DNA from: Thermoproteus tenax Kra 1
GTDB lineage: Archaea > Thermoproteota > Thermoprotei > Thermoproteales > Thermoproteaceae
Length of the DNA stretch: 32,000 nt
NCBI RefSeq assembly: GCF_000253055.1
Contig: NC_016070.1
Coordinates: 1,350,001 to 1,382,000 of the forward strand
Reading direction: 5' to 3'
Under the pieces are notes generated by a model. The model was not told the origin of the DNA. It did no database searches and was given only the letters and a program-made list of their open reading frames with translations. Made by a program: the position numbers and the translations under genes. Below are positions 9,284-19,179 of the stretch, piece after piece (within the stretch, counting starts at the first letter, position 1; the number at the start of each line of letters is the position of its first letter).

Positions 9284-9931
9284 TTAGACATATTTTTTGC
9301 ATATAGATCTAAATGGACAGCTCCTGCATCTGCTCTCGTCTACTGGAGGCGGGCTCGCGCTCCTCACTATTTCTCTGATTTTGTCCAGTATCTCTAAAGC
9401 CCTTGAGTCTCTCTCTATTCTTTCTACTCTATTTCTATAGACCAAGTATCCGAAGTCTGCTCTTAAGAGCTCCATGTATATCTGCAGCTGCTTGACGTGC
9501 GAACTACGCGAGACGTAGCCGCTCTTTATTTCCACAGGTATTATTTTTCCGCCCCTCTTGAAAATCAAGTCTATCACGCCTACCATATCTCTCAACTCCA
9601 CCTTGTACTCAGACAACACATCCTCGACGCTTGACACAACTCTTTGGTATCTCTCATGGAGTAGGCGTCCCTTGACTAATGCCACCAGAGTCTTCCTGGT
9701 GAGAAGCTTCTTGCCAAGCTTGGCTTGGATCCACAGAAGCCTAGGGCAGTACTCGTAGTCGTTGATCATCGAGGGCGTTATCCTCTTGAAGTCGTATTCA
9801 ACGGCATAGATCGTTGGAGCCAGTTGGTACACCTTATCTGTCTTCTCAAGCTCTCTGAGCGCCTCGTCGAGACTTAGGTCTTCTAAGTCGTCGCAACGGA
9901 CAACCTTACAGAGGGGTGGAGGTATCAGCAC
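9284..9931 (-). CDS. Cas4-like / RecB-family PD-(D/E)XK nuclease with C-terminal Fe-S-type cysteines, not CRISPR-linked here
   Basis: ITPSMINDYEYCPRLLWIQ, GRLLHERY, GVIDLIFKRGGKIIPVEIKSG, QLQIYMELL, CRSCPFRSICKKY. Confidence 0.85.
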   Translation of the reverse strand: MLIPPPLCKVVRCDDLEDLSLDEALRELEKTDKVYQLAPTIYAVEYDFKRITPSMINDYEYCPRLLWIQAKLGKKLLTRKTLVALVKGRLLHERYQRVVSSVEDVLSEYKVELRDMVGVIDLIFKRGGKIIPVEIKSGYVSRSSHVKQLQIYMELLRADFGYLVYRNRVERIERDSRALEILDKIREIVRSASPPPVDESRCRSCPFRSICKKYV

Positions 9932-9952
9932 CGTTGCTCATCAATTCGCAAT

Positions 9953-11497
9953 TTAAAACACTTGGGCTACCTTGCCCAAGACTCTGGTGGGACCGTTCCT
10001 GAAGATAAACCTATCTCCCTCGACAATATACCATGGCTTCGCCAGCTTCAACTCTATCCTCCCCATATCTCCCAACATCAACGCGCCCTTGTCTATCCAA
10101 GTGATTGTAGCCGGCGTCCTTATTGTCCTAAGGTGCACCACGCCTGTGAAGCCCGGCCTTATAGCGGTGGGATGCCTCAGGACAATGACGTCGGCTATCA
10201 GCCGCGTCACCGAGCCCGCGGGCTCTGGCAATATGACCATCCCCTTCGCCACTTCGTCGACGCCATCCACGGCCACAGTGATATACTGCCCTGGCCTTGC
10301 GGTGGCCACCGAGACTTTGTTTATATGGATCGACTTGATTCTCACCTGTTTCCAAGAACCGTCGGCATATGGCCCCATGTACATCCTCTGTCCGACGTGT
10401 AGCTCGCCGCCCTCCAACAGGCCGCCGACGACAAGGCCGACGCCCCTTACTAAGTAGATCTCCGATATATATAACAACGGCTTACCTGTGTTTGGGACTA
10501 CTATCCTCTTGGGAATGAGAGACAGAAACCTCCTCAATAGTTCAAGTCCCTGTCCTGTGACGTTAGAGACTAAGAAGATCGGGGCCACGCGGCCATTGGG
10601 CATTACCTTGGCGGCCACCGCCACATCTGCCTCGTTTCTGACTAGATAGGGCAACTTGCTAACACCAGGCATCTTGAGCAGGGCCATCACGTCGTTGAGC
10701 GTTCTCTCTAATACGTCGTTGGGCGTTATGTCTATCCTAGTGATTACTACGAAGACGGGTATAGACATGGCTACGGCTATCCCCAGATGTTCCTTGGTCA
10801 TCCTCTGGACGCCGGAGTTCGCCGCGACGACCAACATAGCGTAGTCTGGCGCCGTCCCCAAGATACCCCTCAGAGAGGTCCTTAGATACCCCTCGTGGCC
10901 TCCTACGTCTATTAAGAGTATCGTCTTGTCCGAGTTTAAGAAAACAGAGGCCTCATCAAGCGGATCAGGTAGTTCTGCGTTGACTATGTCGTATCCTCTG
11001 AAGCCCAACAGCCTCGTGGATACAGCCGAGGTCCGGCCCGTCAGAACCTCATGCTTATAGCGCGCTGCATAGGCCCTCGCCCTTCCTCTTCCGTCATCGA
11101 GGTTGCCTGAGACCAAGACGCCGATCAATGTAGACTTTCCAGCGTCTACGTTCCCTATCGCCACTACATACACCGTCGGAGGCGGCTTATCTTCGCCTGC
11201 TCTGTTCCTTATCAAAACCTCTGCTATCTTTCCTCTTATCCCCTCGCCTATTCTGACCAAATAGACGACAGCTCCTATCCTCTCTGCCGCCCTTCTGACC
11301 GCCTCCAACGCTTGATTGAGCTCCTCGTCCCCTATACCAAGAGGCTTTCCGTCGTCCGATACTCCTATTAAGTAAATGGCCTCACCTCCCCCCTCCAGAA
11401 TTCTGCGCCTCATCTGGCCTGCGAAATGGTCTAGATCTATGTCTTTCACGAGCAGTTTGTACTCTATATTGCCCTCCTCCGACTCTGGAGGATACAT
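9953..11497 (-). CDS. GTPBP1-like translational GTPase (EF-Tu superfamily)
   Basis: VVAIGNVDAGKSTLIGVL (P-loop), LLIDVGGHEGYLRTSLRGILGTAPDYAMLVVAA, VITRIDITPNDV; C-terminal beta-barrel domains. Confidence 0.88.
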   Translation of the reverse strand: MYPPESEEGNIEYKLLVKDIDLDHFAGQMRRRILEGGGEAIYLIGVSDDGKPLGIGDEELNQALEAVRRAAERIGAVVYLVRIGEGIRGKIAEVLIRNRAGEDKPPPTVYVVAIGNVDAGKSTLIGVLVSGNLDDGRGRARAYAARYKHEVLTGRTSAVSTRLLGFRGYDIVNAELPDPLDEASVFLNSDKTILLIDVGGHEGYLRTSLRGILGTAPDYAMLVVAANSGVQRMTKEHLGIAVAMSIPVFVVITRIDITPNDVLERTLNDVMALLKMPGVSKLPYLVRNEADVAVAAKVMPNGRVAPIFLVSNVTGQGLELLRRFLSLIPKRIVVPNTGKPLLYISEIYLVRGVGLVVGGLLEGGELHVGQRMYMGPYADGSWKQVRIKSIHINKVSVATARPGQYITVAVDGVDEVAKGMVILPEPAGSVTRLIADVIVLRHPTAIRPGFTGVVHLRTIRTPATITWIDKGALMLGDMGRIELKLAKPWYIVEGDRFIFRNGPTRVLGKVAQVF

Positions 11498-11539
11498 TCT
11501 ATAAATCTCCTATTAAAAAGATTTATAGCTTTAGGTTGT

Positions 11540-13705
11540 TTAAAAGTGTAGAAGGCCCGAGAGCGCTATACCCATGTGTGTATTTGCTAATATTATAGCG
11601 AATGCGAATACTACCGAGAGCGTATTTAATACCTTTATCAACGGGTTGAGCGAGGGGCCCGATGTGTCCTTGAAGGGATCCCCTACAGTATCTCCTATCA
11701 CGACAGCCTTGTGTAACTCCGTCTTCTTAAGGCCTTGTAGCTCTATGTACTTCTTGGCGTTGTCCCATGCCCCTCCGGCGTTAGCCATAAGCAACGCCCT
11801 GGGGACGCCTGATATAACAGCGCCCATTATAAGCCCCGCCAACGCCTGCCAACCTAACACGAAGGCTGTGACGAGGGGCACGACAATAACCACAATGCCT
11901 GGCAGGAGGAACTCGCCTAAGGCCCTCCGCGTAGCTATGTCGACCACGCGGGCATAATCTGGAGTCTCCTTCCACTCCAAGATGCCGGGCTTCTCCTTGA
12001 ACTGTCTCCTGATCTCCTCAACTATCTCCATAGCTGTTCTGCCGACTGCGCCCAACGTCCTGCTTGTAAAGAAATATACTATGATGACGCCTATGAAGGC
12101 CCCTATCAGCACGTTGGGGTTTATTATTGAGATCTCTGATATCGAGGTTCCTAGCAGCGAGGTAAACGGCTGGTGGAGTAGAGTTGATAGAGACCTCATT
12201 ATCTCGAACATTAGGGCGATGAAGAGCACTAGCGCTGCCAACGCAGCGCTTGCAATCGCGTACCCCTTAGTAGTCGCCTTTGTCGTATTGCCTATTGAAT
12301 CCAGCACGTCTGTAACCTCTCTGACGTTGTCGGGAAGACCTGCCATCTCCACTACCCCATTAGCGTTATCGCTCACGGGGCCGTAGGAGTCTGCGGTTAT
12401 TATAATGCCGGCTATAATCAGCAGGCCGACTGAGGCAAGGGCCGTTCCGAAGATGCCGGCAAGATAGGGGCCGTATGACGCAAAGCCTGCTGTTATACTG
12501 CTTGAGAATGCGTAAAAACCAATAATGTACGAAATACCTAATACGCCTATTATGACCAACAGCACGGGCACAGCGCTCATTAGCCCAACGCCGTAGCCCG
12601 TTATAATGACGGTGGCCGGACTTATTTTAGCCTGTTCTGCTATCCTTCTAACAGGCGAGTAGCTATATGACGTATAATAGTCGGTTATCTTAACCACCAA
12701 CGGCGCTATTATGGCACCGAGGGATACTGCGGATGCCATCGCAATGGCTTGCACGAAGGGTAGGCCTAAGGCGAGTGCGCCTACAAAGAACAGTATTATA
12801 GATACAGCTATAGTCACGTACACAGCCGTGCTTATAGAGCCCATGGGGTTCTTGACGCCTTTAGTCCTCAGGGAGTTGATGCCCACGAACGTCGCCAGTA
12901 GGGCCAGAGATGCAAAGAGTATTATCCCCTTTATATACGTCGAGGGAAGGCCTAGGATGTATGCTAGGAATATTGAGGCAGTCACTGTAACTATATAGGA
13001 CTCGTATACGTCTGCGGCCATGCCTGCCACATCGCCGACATTATCGCCGACGTTGTCCGCTATAACGCCGGGATTCCTTGGATCGTCCTCGGGTATACCC
13101 GCCTCTATTTTGCCAACTAGGTCTGCGCCCAGGTCTGCGGCCTTAGTGTATATACCGCCGCCAACTCTCATGAACAACGTCACGAGGCTTGCTCCGAACC
13201 CCAAGGCGACTAATGGGACCGCCCACTCGGCAGTGATTCTGCTGAAAATAAGATAGAAACCCGATATAAGCATCAGAGCTATGCTGGCCAGCGATAGGCC
13301 CATTACAGCACCGGCGCGCCATGAGACCTGTAAAGCCTTGCCCATACCCCCAGATGCTGCGGCCTGGGCCACACGTGAGGCAGATCTAGTGGTCACATAC
13401 ATGCCCAAGTAGCCTGCTAACATAGAGCCCAGGGCGCCGACGACGAAGCCCAACGCTGTCAGCCCGGGCAGGCCCCGCGGAATATCGATGGCCGCCAGTA
13501 TAGCTACCGCTAGGACGACCAAAAGAGCCGCCAAAGTTCTGTACTGTCTAAACAGATATGCGCGCGCTCCCGTCGCGATGGCGTTGGATATGAACCTCAT
13601 TTTCTCGTTGCCGGGATCCTGACTCAGCACCCATCTGGCTAGGTAAACAGCGTAAAGAAGGCCTAAAAGGCCGATAATCAACCCTAATATTGGTATAATC
13701 GCCAT
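11540..13705 (-). CDS. hppA: Membrane-bound proton-translocating pyrophosphatase, probably K+-independent class
   Basis: 721-aa polytopic protein with [81 protein letters not shown]. Confidence 0.96.
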   Translation of the reverse strand: [721 protein letters not shown]

Positions 13706-13927
13706 AGCGATTATGCTTAAATCTACCTTTTAAATATTATCTAAAATTACAAATTGAGGCCGCCTACTTTTTCACTTTAATAAAATAATATTTTTATAAT
13801 ATAATTAAAAAAATACAGTTTCTAAATAATATAATATAGATATCTTTTTATAACTTATTAGTTTATTTATCTATGCTTGTTGTGCCAGAAGGGGGTACAA
13901 TATAAAAAGCGGTGATTTCTTTGGCCA

Positions 13928-16264
13928 GTGCCTGTTGAGCGGATTGTGGAATTTCGAGTGGCTGCGCCTATTGATATACTACCCGAGATCATATTCTACA
14001 TAGGTAAAACTAGAGTTGCCATGTTCGAAGACAGACATCCTAGGCTTGTCCGACCCAGAGATCCAGAGGTTGTACAAAGGTTGAGGAGGCTCGATGAAAT
14101 TATCTCCTTTATTTCTCAATATTATCAACCAAATATTGTTTCTTTACCAAGATTACCTTTAATATCTCTCTTGGATCAAATTGAGAACGAAATGATGAAT
14201 TTATTTAACGAGTTGAGGAGTTCTGTAGAACAACTACAAGCCCTCAAGAGCAGACTACTGATAGCGTCTGTGATCAGCCAGATCAAGGGATATAGTTTAC
14301 CCAAGACAGAGGTGCTCGACAGTTATATAGTAATTCCAGGTAAATATCTAAATGAAATTATATCTATATCTAAAAATTTTGGAGCAAGTAATATTTATTT
14401 AAAAGATGCTATATTGATAACTATTGAAAAGAGTAAATCCAAGCTTCTGCTGCAAGCCTTGAACAAATTGGGAGTTCCCGTCCTCTCGTTCGAAGATATC
14501 GAAAAAATAGAAGACCCCAATGAACTAAATAATAAGATTGTTGAATTAAATGAAAAAATAAAAAATATAATAAGTAAAAATAAAGAGGCCATTGACCGAG
14601 CCTATACATTAAAATATGCGTTAACCCTCGTGATTGAGACCTTCAATAAGTCCGCAATTGCTGAGGGCGAGGAGCTGGGACATCTGTTTTCTTCGCTGGC
14701 CTCTGAGATCGAGCGGCTCCATAAAGAGATTGATGAATTAAAGGCAATAAGAGAGGTTATAGGCGCCTTAAAGTCTCTGGGCAAGACCAGCTTGAGGATC
14801 CCGGAGGAGCTTGAGCTATATGCCGAGGTCGCTGACGTCTCCCAGGCAACTCCGATAAAGATCGGCGATAGGGTCGCGTATTTCGCAAGAAGCGGAACCA
14901 AAGGCATTAAGGTACCTCGGCAATACTTAGAGGACGTCCCATCCTCTCTCAACGTGATCGACGAGACTCTGAAGTCGGCGCACAAATCTCTTGAGGGACG
15001 GATGCGCGATCTCGAGACGCTCAAAAGGATCTACGAGGAATATTCAACTTACGGAGATTATCGGTGGGATCTGCATAGAGATGTCGCCTCAATCATCTTC
15101 TATGTACAAGAAAAAGATGTACAAAAGATCGATGATGTATTAACCGATGCAATAAAGGCTCTATCTATAAAAATAGATATAATTAGAAAAATACGATATA
15201 AATACTTCGATAAAATACCTGCTGAGAGAAGGCCCACTCTGGAGAAATTCCCGGCGCCAGTGAGACAGATAGTCAACAAGATAGCGTATATGTACGGCGT
15301 TCCCAGCGCCGAGGAGATCAGCCCGTCGATCTTGGTAGCTGTATTGTTCCCTGTATTCTTCGGTTGGATGTTTGGCGATCTGGGCCACGGGGCACTGCTG
15401 TTCCTCCTAGGGCTGTTTCTTTATACGAAACTCTTCGGAGGGAAGTATAAAGATTGGGGCGTCATATGGATGACCACGGGCATACTCTCAATGATATTCG
15501 GTGGCATTGTGTACGGGGAGGTCTTTGGCCTTCCCTTGTCGAGCCTTGGGGTAGGATGGGACGGACTTGTGCATATGTTCCAGCCGGTCGTCGGGCCTCA
15601 GATGGGTACTGCGATAGAGACTGAAGGCATATTCCTGGACCTCCTCATCGCGCTCCTATTTGGATACCTAATAATGGCCGGGTCATTCTCGCTCAAGATA
15701 GTAAACTTTATAATCAAGGGCGAGGGCGATATGGCGTTAGGCATCGGGTTGCCCATCCTTTTGGTGTACGTTTCTGCCGGCATGATAGTGTTCAACCTAC
15801 TGAGGGCTGTCTTGCCTATGCCCGACGCCATGCTTGCCGTGGTCGATCTTCCATGGATCTATATTTTGATTATTTCAATTATTCTATTAATTATTGGTTC
15901 TATATATTTGTTATTAAAATATAAAAAATATGAAGAGAAGCCGCCAATAGGTTTAGAGATGGCTGTGGGATTGGTCGAGGGCATTTTCGGCGGTCTCGCC
16001 AATGTACCAAGCTTCGCGCGTCTCATGATATTGATTCTGATGCACGCCATATTCACGAAAATGGTCGCCGGCTGGGCGTTGGCCATAGCTTCCTCGGGCA
16101 ATCTTGCGGCGGCTATCACGATAGCGATAGTCTTTAATGGGCTTATAGCGGTAGGCGAGGGCTTCATGTCGCTTGTGCAATCATTGCGTCTTACCTTCTA
16201 CGAGACTCTGAGTAAGTTCTACGAGGGGAGGGGGAGGCTCTTTACGCCTCTCGCGTTACCCTAA
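13928..16264 (+). CDS. atpI: A/V-type ATP synthase subunit I (a-subunit)
   Basis: N-terminal coiled-coil half, then PVRQIVNKIAYMYGVPSAEEISPSILVAVLFPVFFGWMFGDLGHGALLFLLG and the C-terminal membrane helices. GTG start with ATATAAAAA about 26 nt upstream. Confidence 0.92.
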   Translation: MPVERIVEFRVAAPIDILPEIIFYIGKTRVAMFEDRHPRLVRPRDPEVVQRLRRLDEIISFISQYYQPNIVSLPRLPLISLLDQIENEMMNLFNELRSSVEQLQALKSRLLIASVISQIKGYSLPKTEVLDSYIVIPGKYLNEIISISKNFGASNIYLKDAILITIEKSKSKLLLQALNKLGVPVLSFEDIEKIEDPNELNNKIVELNEKIKNIISKNKEAIDRAYTLKYALTLVIETFNKSAIAEGEELGHLFSSLASEIERLHKEIDELKAIREVIGALKSLGKTSLRIPEELELYAEVADVSQATPIKIGDRVAYFARSGTKGIKVPRQYLEDVPSSLNVIDETLKSAHKSLEGRMRDLETLKRIYEEYSTYGDYRWDLHRDVASIIFYVQEKDVQKIDDVLTDAIKALSIKIDIIRKIRYKYFDKIPAERRPTLEKFPAPVRQIVNKIAYMYGVPSAEEISPSILVAVLFPVFFGWMFGDLGHGALLFLLGLFLYTKLFGGKYKDWGVIWMTTGILSMIFGGIVYGEVFGLPLSSLGVGWDGLVHMFQPVVGPQMGTAIETEGIFLDLLIALLFGYLIMAGSFSLKIVNFIIKGEGDMALGIGLPILLVYVSAGMIVFNLLRAVLPMPDAMLAVVDLPWIYILIISIILLIIGSIYLLLKYKKYEEKPPIGLEMAVGLVEGIFGGLANVPSFARLMILILMHAIFTKMVAGWALAIASSGNLAAAITIAIVFNGLIAVGEGFMSLVQSLRLTFYETLSKFYEGRGRLFTPLALP

Positions 16265-16935
16265 TGAAGATAATAGCAGAGCTGCCTCCATCGGCGTCTC
16301 GGGAAACGCTGGCTCGTAGAGTTTCCCTCGTCCTTAACTATACAGATATTGTCGATATACCAGACTCGCCTGGAGGGAGGCCGTCGGCTCACGCGATCGC
16401 GGTGGCGTATATAGCTAAGAACATGGGCGCCTCCCCTATAACGCACATGCGCATAAGAGACATCAACTTGCTGGCCTACAAGTCCCTCCTGGGGGCCGCG
16501 AGACTCTTCGAGCTAAGGGACATAGTCGTATTAACAGGCGATCCGCCAACGGTAGGCAGCCCAGTGGATCAGTTGACCACCGAGGAGGCTGTAAGAATAG
16601 GCAAGGAGTACGGCTTTAGAGTCGGGGCTTTGTTGAGCATGCGTAGAAACTACAGTGAAAGGCTTAAGATGGGCGCCGACTTCTACTTGGTGTTAAACTT
16701 AGCTGATCCTAAGAGCATGGAGACTTTGAGAGGAGTCGCCGCATATCCCTACGTCATGATAAGGACCGAAAAGAACTCACAGCTCTTAGCCAGGCTGGGT
16801 CAACCGTCAGTGACGTTGGATCAACTCCTTCGTTATGTTGAGGAGCTAGAGCCGTTCGCGGAGGCAATAGTGGCCTCCGCTCCAGGCGACTTCGAGGCCG
16901 AGCTCAGGGCGTTGGACCTTTTGACCAAACGCTGA
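16264..16935 (+). CDS. Methylenetetrahydrofolate reductase-like protein
   Basis: IIAELPPSASRETL, YTDIVDIPDSPGGRPSAHAIAVAYIAKNMGASPITHMRIRDIN, DIVVLTGDPPTVGSP, FRVGALLS. TAATG overlap with atpI. Confidence 0.75.
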   Translation: MKIIAELPPSASRETLARRVSLVLNYTDIVDIPDSPGGRPSAHAIAVAYIAKNMGASPITHMRIRDINLLAYKSLLGAARLFELRDIVVLTGDPPTVGSPVDQLTTEEAVRIGKEYGFRVGALLSMRRNYSERLKMGADFYLVLNLADPKSMETLRGVAAYPYVMIRTEKNSQLLARLGQPSVTLDQLLRYVEELEPFAEAIVASAPGDFEAELRALDLLTKR

Positions 16936-17167
16936 GGCACCTATCGCCAAGGAGTCTGACGTCTCTGTAGCCAATTATGTCCTTGCCCCGTACTATTTTA
17001 TATGTACCGAGCAACAGAAAGTCGCAGGGCGCCTTAGGCACGATGGCTGTCCGCCCGTCTCTCCATATATATAAAGCGTTCCGGCTCTCGCCAACCACCA
17101 AGCCCTCAGTCTTGTGTGCACAGTTTATCGTCTTTACCTTTTCTCCGAGCAGATCTATACAGTTCAC
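16904..17167 (-). CDS. rnp1: RNase P protein component 1 (Rpp29/p29)
   Basis: MNCIDLLGEKVKTINCAHKTEGLVVGESRNALYIWRDGRTAIVPKAPCDFLL; sits next to uL29, consistent with archaeal ribosomal operon order. Confidence 0.75.
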   Translation of the reverse strand: MNCIDLLGEKVKTINCAHKTEGLVVGESRNALYIWRDGRTAIVPKAPCDFLLLGTYKIVRGKDIIGYRDVRLLGDRCLSVWSKGPTP

Positions 17168-17373
17168 TTCGCAGACTCTCTCTCGATGGTGAGAATTCTG
17201 GCGATAGCTCTTCTTATATATCTAATTCTGCCAGAGTTCTCCACAATGCCCCTAGCTCTCTGAGTCTGAAGCTTGATGTACTCCGCCCTTAGTTGGTCCA
17301 AAAGCTTTAGCCTCTCCTCTCTGGCCATCTGTCTCAGAGTCTTCGCGTTGAGCTTCTTGGGCGTAGACGACAT
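17164..17373 (-). CDS. rpmC: Ribosomal protein uL29
   Basis: LNAKTLRQMAREERLKLLDQLRAEYIKLQTQRARGIVENSGRIRYIRRAIARILTI; ATGA-type overlap with rnp1. Confidence 0.88.
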   Translation of the reverse strand: MSSTPKKLNAKTLRQMAREERLKLLDQLRAEYIKLQTQRARGIVENSGRIRYIRRAIARILTIERESAK

Positions 17374-17402
17374 GAGGATGCGTTATGATGCCCTTTAAAA
17401 GC

Positions 17403-18053
17403 TTAGCTCTGTTGAGTCTCTTGTTTGACCGGCGGCTTGATCTTGAAGTCATCGGCGAATTTAGCGTTAGCAGGCGCGATCGCTATTCTAATGCCGTATA
17501 TGCCAGGCTTCAAGAGCACGTGGACCGCCGCCCTTCTCACCGTTTTCATTGAGTCGTTGCCGGACTTATACACCTTGCCCACCTTGTACTTCTCGAACTT
17601 GGCCCTCTCAGTGGAGAGCTTGCCGCTTATAACCAATTCAAAACCCCTGGCTCCGGCCTCTGTGACTTGCCTCACGGCGACGAACGCCACTCTGCGGAAT
17701 CTGATGCCCTTAGCCATCGCGTTCGCTATTCTATACGCTATCACCTTGGGGAACATCTCGGGGACGTCTACCTTAGATATGTCGATCACGTCTATCTGTG
17801 GATTGTCGACCCCCATCTTGGCGCTGAGTATCTGGCTGAGCTCTTTCACTACAGCGCCCTTCTTGCCGATAATTCTACTGGGCCTCTCGGCGTAGATCAC
17901 TATTCTAGTTCCCAACGGCGTCTTCAAAACTTCCGAATATATATAGCCGAGACGCGCCAGCTTGTACTCTAGGAATTCTTTTATCATCCACCGTTTTACG
18001 TTATCTTGGAGTATCTTCTTATAGACCGCCAATCTCCTCCCCTGTTGTGCCAC
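17403..18053 (-). CDS. rps3: Ribosomal protein uS3
   Basis: WMIKEFLEYKLARLGYIYSEVLKTPLGTRIVIYAERPSRIIGKKG (KH domain), FRRVAFVAVRQVTEAGARGFELVISGKL. Confidence 0.95.
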   Translation of the reverse strand: MAQQGRRLAVYKKILQDNVKRWMIKEFLEYKLARLGYIYSEVLKTPLGTRIVIYAERPSRIIGKKGAVVKELSQILSAKMGVDNPQIDVIDISKVDVPEMFPKVIAYRIANAMAKGIRFRRVAFVAVRQVTEAGARGFELVISGKLSTERAKFEKYKVGKVYKSGNDSMKTVRRAAVHVLLKPGIYGIRIAIAPANAKFADDFKIKPPVKQETQQS

Positions 18054-18096
18054 GTAGCCTCTGCGAAAGGTCTGTTTAAAAAAGTTCTCTCAATGC

Positions 18097-18155
18097 TAGG
18101 CGTGATGAAGACTCCAATTAGGCTGGGCTTGCCGAATTACCCCTTGCTGATCAAA
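18097..18155 (+). ncRNA. Candidate C/D-box sRNA
   Basis: C box GTGATGA (18102-18108), D'-like CTGG (18123-18126), D box CTGA (18147-18150); intergenic. A palindromic TTTAAA-containing TATA-like element sits about 20-27 nt upstream. C' box is degenerate. Confidence 0.35.
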
Positions 18156-19179
18156 ACGGTGTGCCCTCTTTGAGCCAAAGGGCTACATCCCTAGCGTAGT
18201 ATGTAAGTATCAAGTCGGCGCCAGCCCGCCTTATCGCATAGAGAGTCTCCAAAGCGATAAGCCTTTCGTCGAGATAGCCCGCCCGCGCAGCAGCCTTTAT
18301 CATAGAGTACTCGCCCGAGACGCTATACGCCGCCACAGGCGCCCACGGGAAGGTCTCTTTCACTAGCCTTATGACGTCGAGATATGCTAATGCGGGTTTC
18401 ACCATGACTATGTCAGCCCCCTCGGCGAGATCCAACATGACCTCCTTTACGGCCTCCTTAGCGTTTCTCGGGTCCATCTGATAAGTCCTTCTGTCGCCGA
18501 ACTTAGGAGCCGACGCGGCGGCCGTTCTGAACGGCCCATAAAACGCAGAGGCGTATTTAGCTGAGTATGCCATTATGCCAACGTCAGTATAGCCCGCCGA
18601 ATCCAGCGTTTGTCTGATCGCTCTGACCTGGCCGTCCATCATCCCGCTTGGCGCTACAAAGTCGGCACCGGCCTCTGCATAAGTGACAGCCTCCTTTGCA
18701 TATATTGAGATAGTCTTATCGTTGTCTATTTTCCAACCCTTCTTATCGTAGACGACGATTCCGCAGTGGCCGTGGTCTGTATACTCGCACAGACACACAT
18801 CGGCGAAGAGCAATACTCTGTCGCCGAAAGTCTCTTTCAATAACCTCAGCGCCTTAGGCACTACTCCCTCCGGGTCGTAACCGGCTCTGCCCTCGGGGTC
18901 TTTGATGTCATCCGGCAGAACTCCGAAGAGTATGAACTTATTCACACCTAAATTGAGCGCCTCCTCAACGTGTTTCACTAGCTCGGAGCCCACAGGCCAT
19001 CTGAAGTAGCCCGGCATGGACTCTATGTGCTCGATGGAGGAACCCTCTTTGACAAATATGGGCATTATTAGATCGTCGGGAGATAGAGAGGTCTCCGCCA
19101 CGGCATCTCTTATAAGCTTGTTGGCGCGCAACCTTCTGGGCCTCACGCTAGGATACGCCAAATTTAACAGCATGCCCAC
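18151..19179 (-). CDS. hemB: Porphobilinogen synthase (delta-aminolevulinic acid dehydratase)
   Basis: LIMPIFVKEGSSIEHIESMPGYFRWPV, LLFADVCLCEYTDHGHCG, ADFVAPSGMMDGQVRAIRQTLD, IMVKPALAYLDVI. Confidence 0.97.
   Translation of the reverse strand: MGMLLNLAYPSVRPRRLRANKLIRDAVAETSLSPDDLIMPIFVKEGSSIEHIESMPGYFRWPVGSELVKHVEEALNLGVNKFILFGVLPDDIKDPEGRAGYDPEGVVPKALRLLKETFGDRVLLFADVCLCEYTDHGHCGIVVYDKKGWKIDNDKTISIYAKEAVTYAEAGADFVAPSGMMDGQVRAIRQTLDSAGYTDVGIMAYSAKYASAFYGPFRTAAASAPKFGDRRTYQMDPRNAKEAVKEVMLDLAEGADIVMVKPALAYLDVIRLVKETFPWAPVAAYSVSGEYSMIKAAARAGYLDERLIALETLYAIRRAGADLILTYYARDVALWLKEGTPF

Noticed and set aside
11574-13256. Multiple plus-strand ORFs opposite hppA, and similar antisense ORFs opposite GTPase, hemA, hemC, rps3, cas4-like and others
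   Set aside because: Mirror ORFs of strongly coding genes with third-position GC bias; no independent features.
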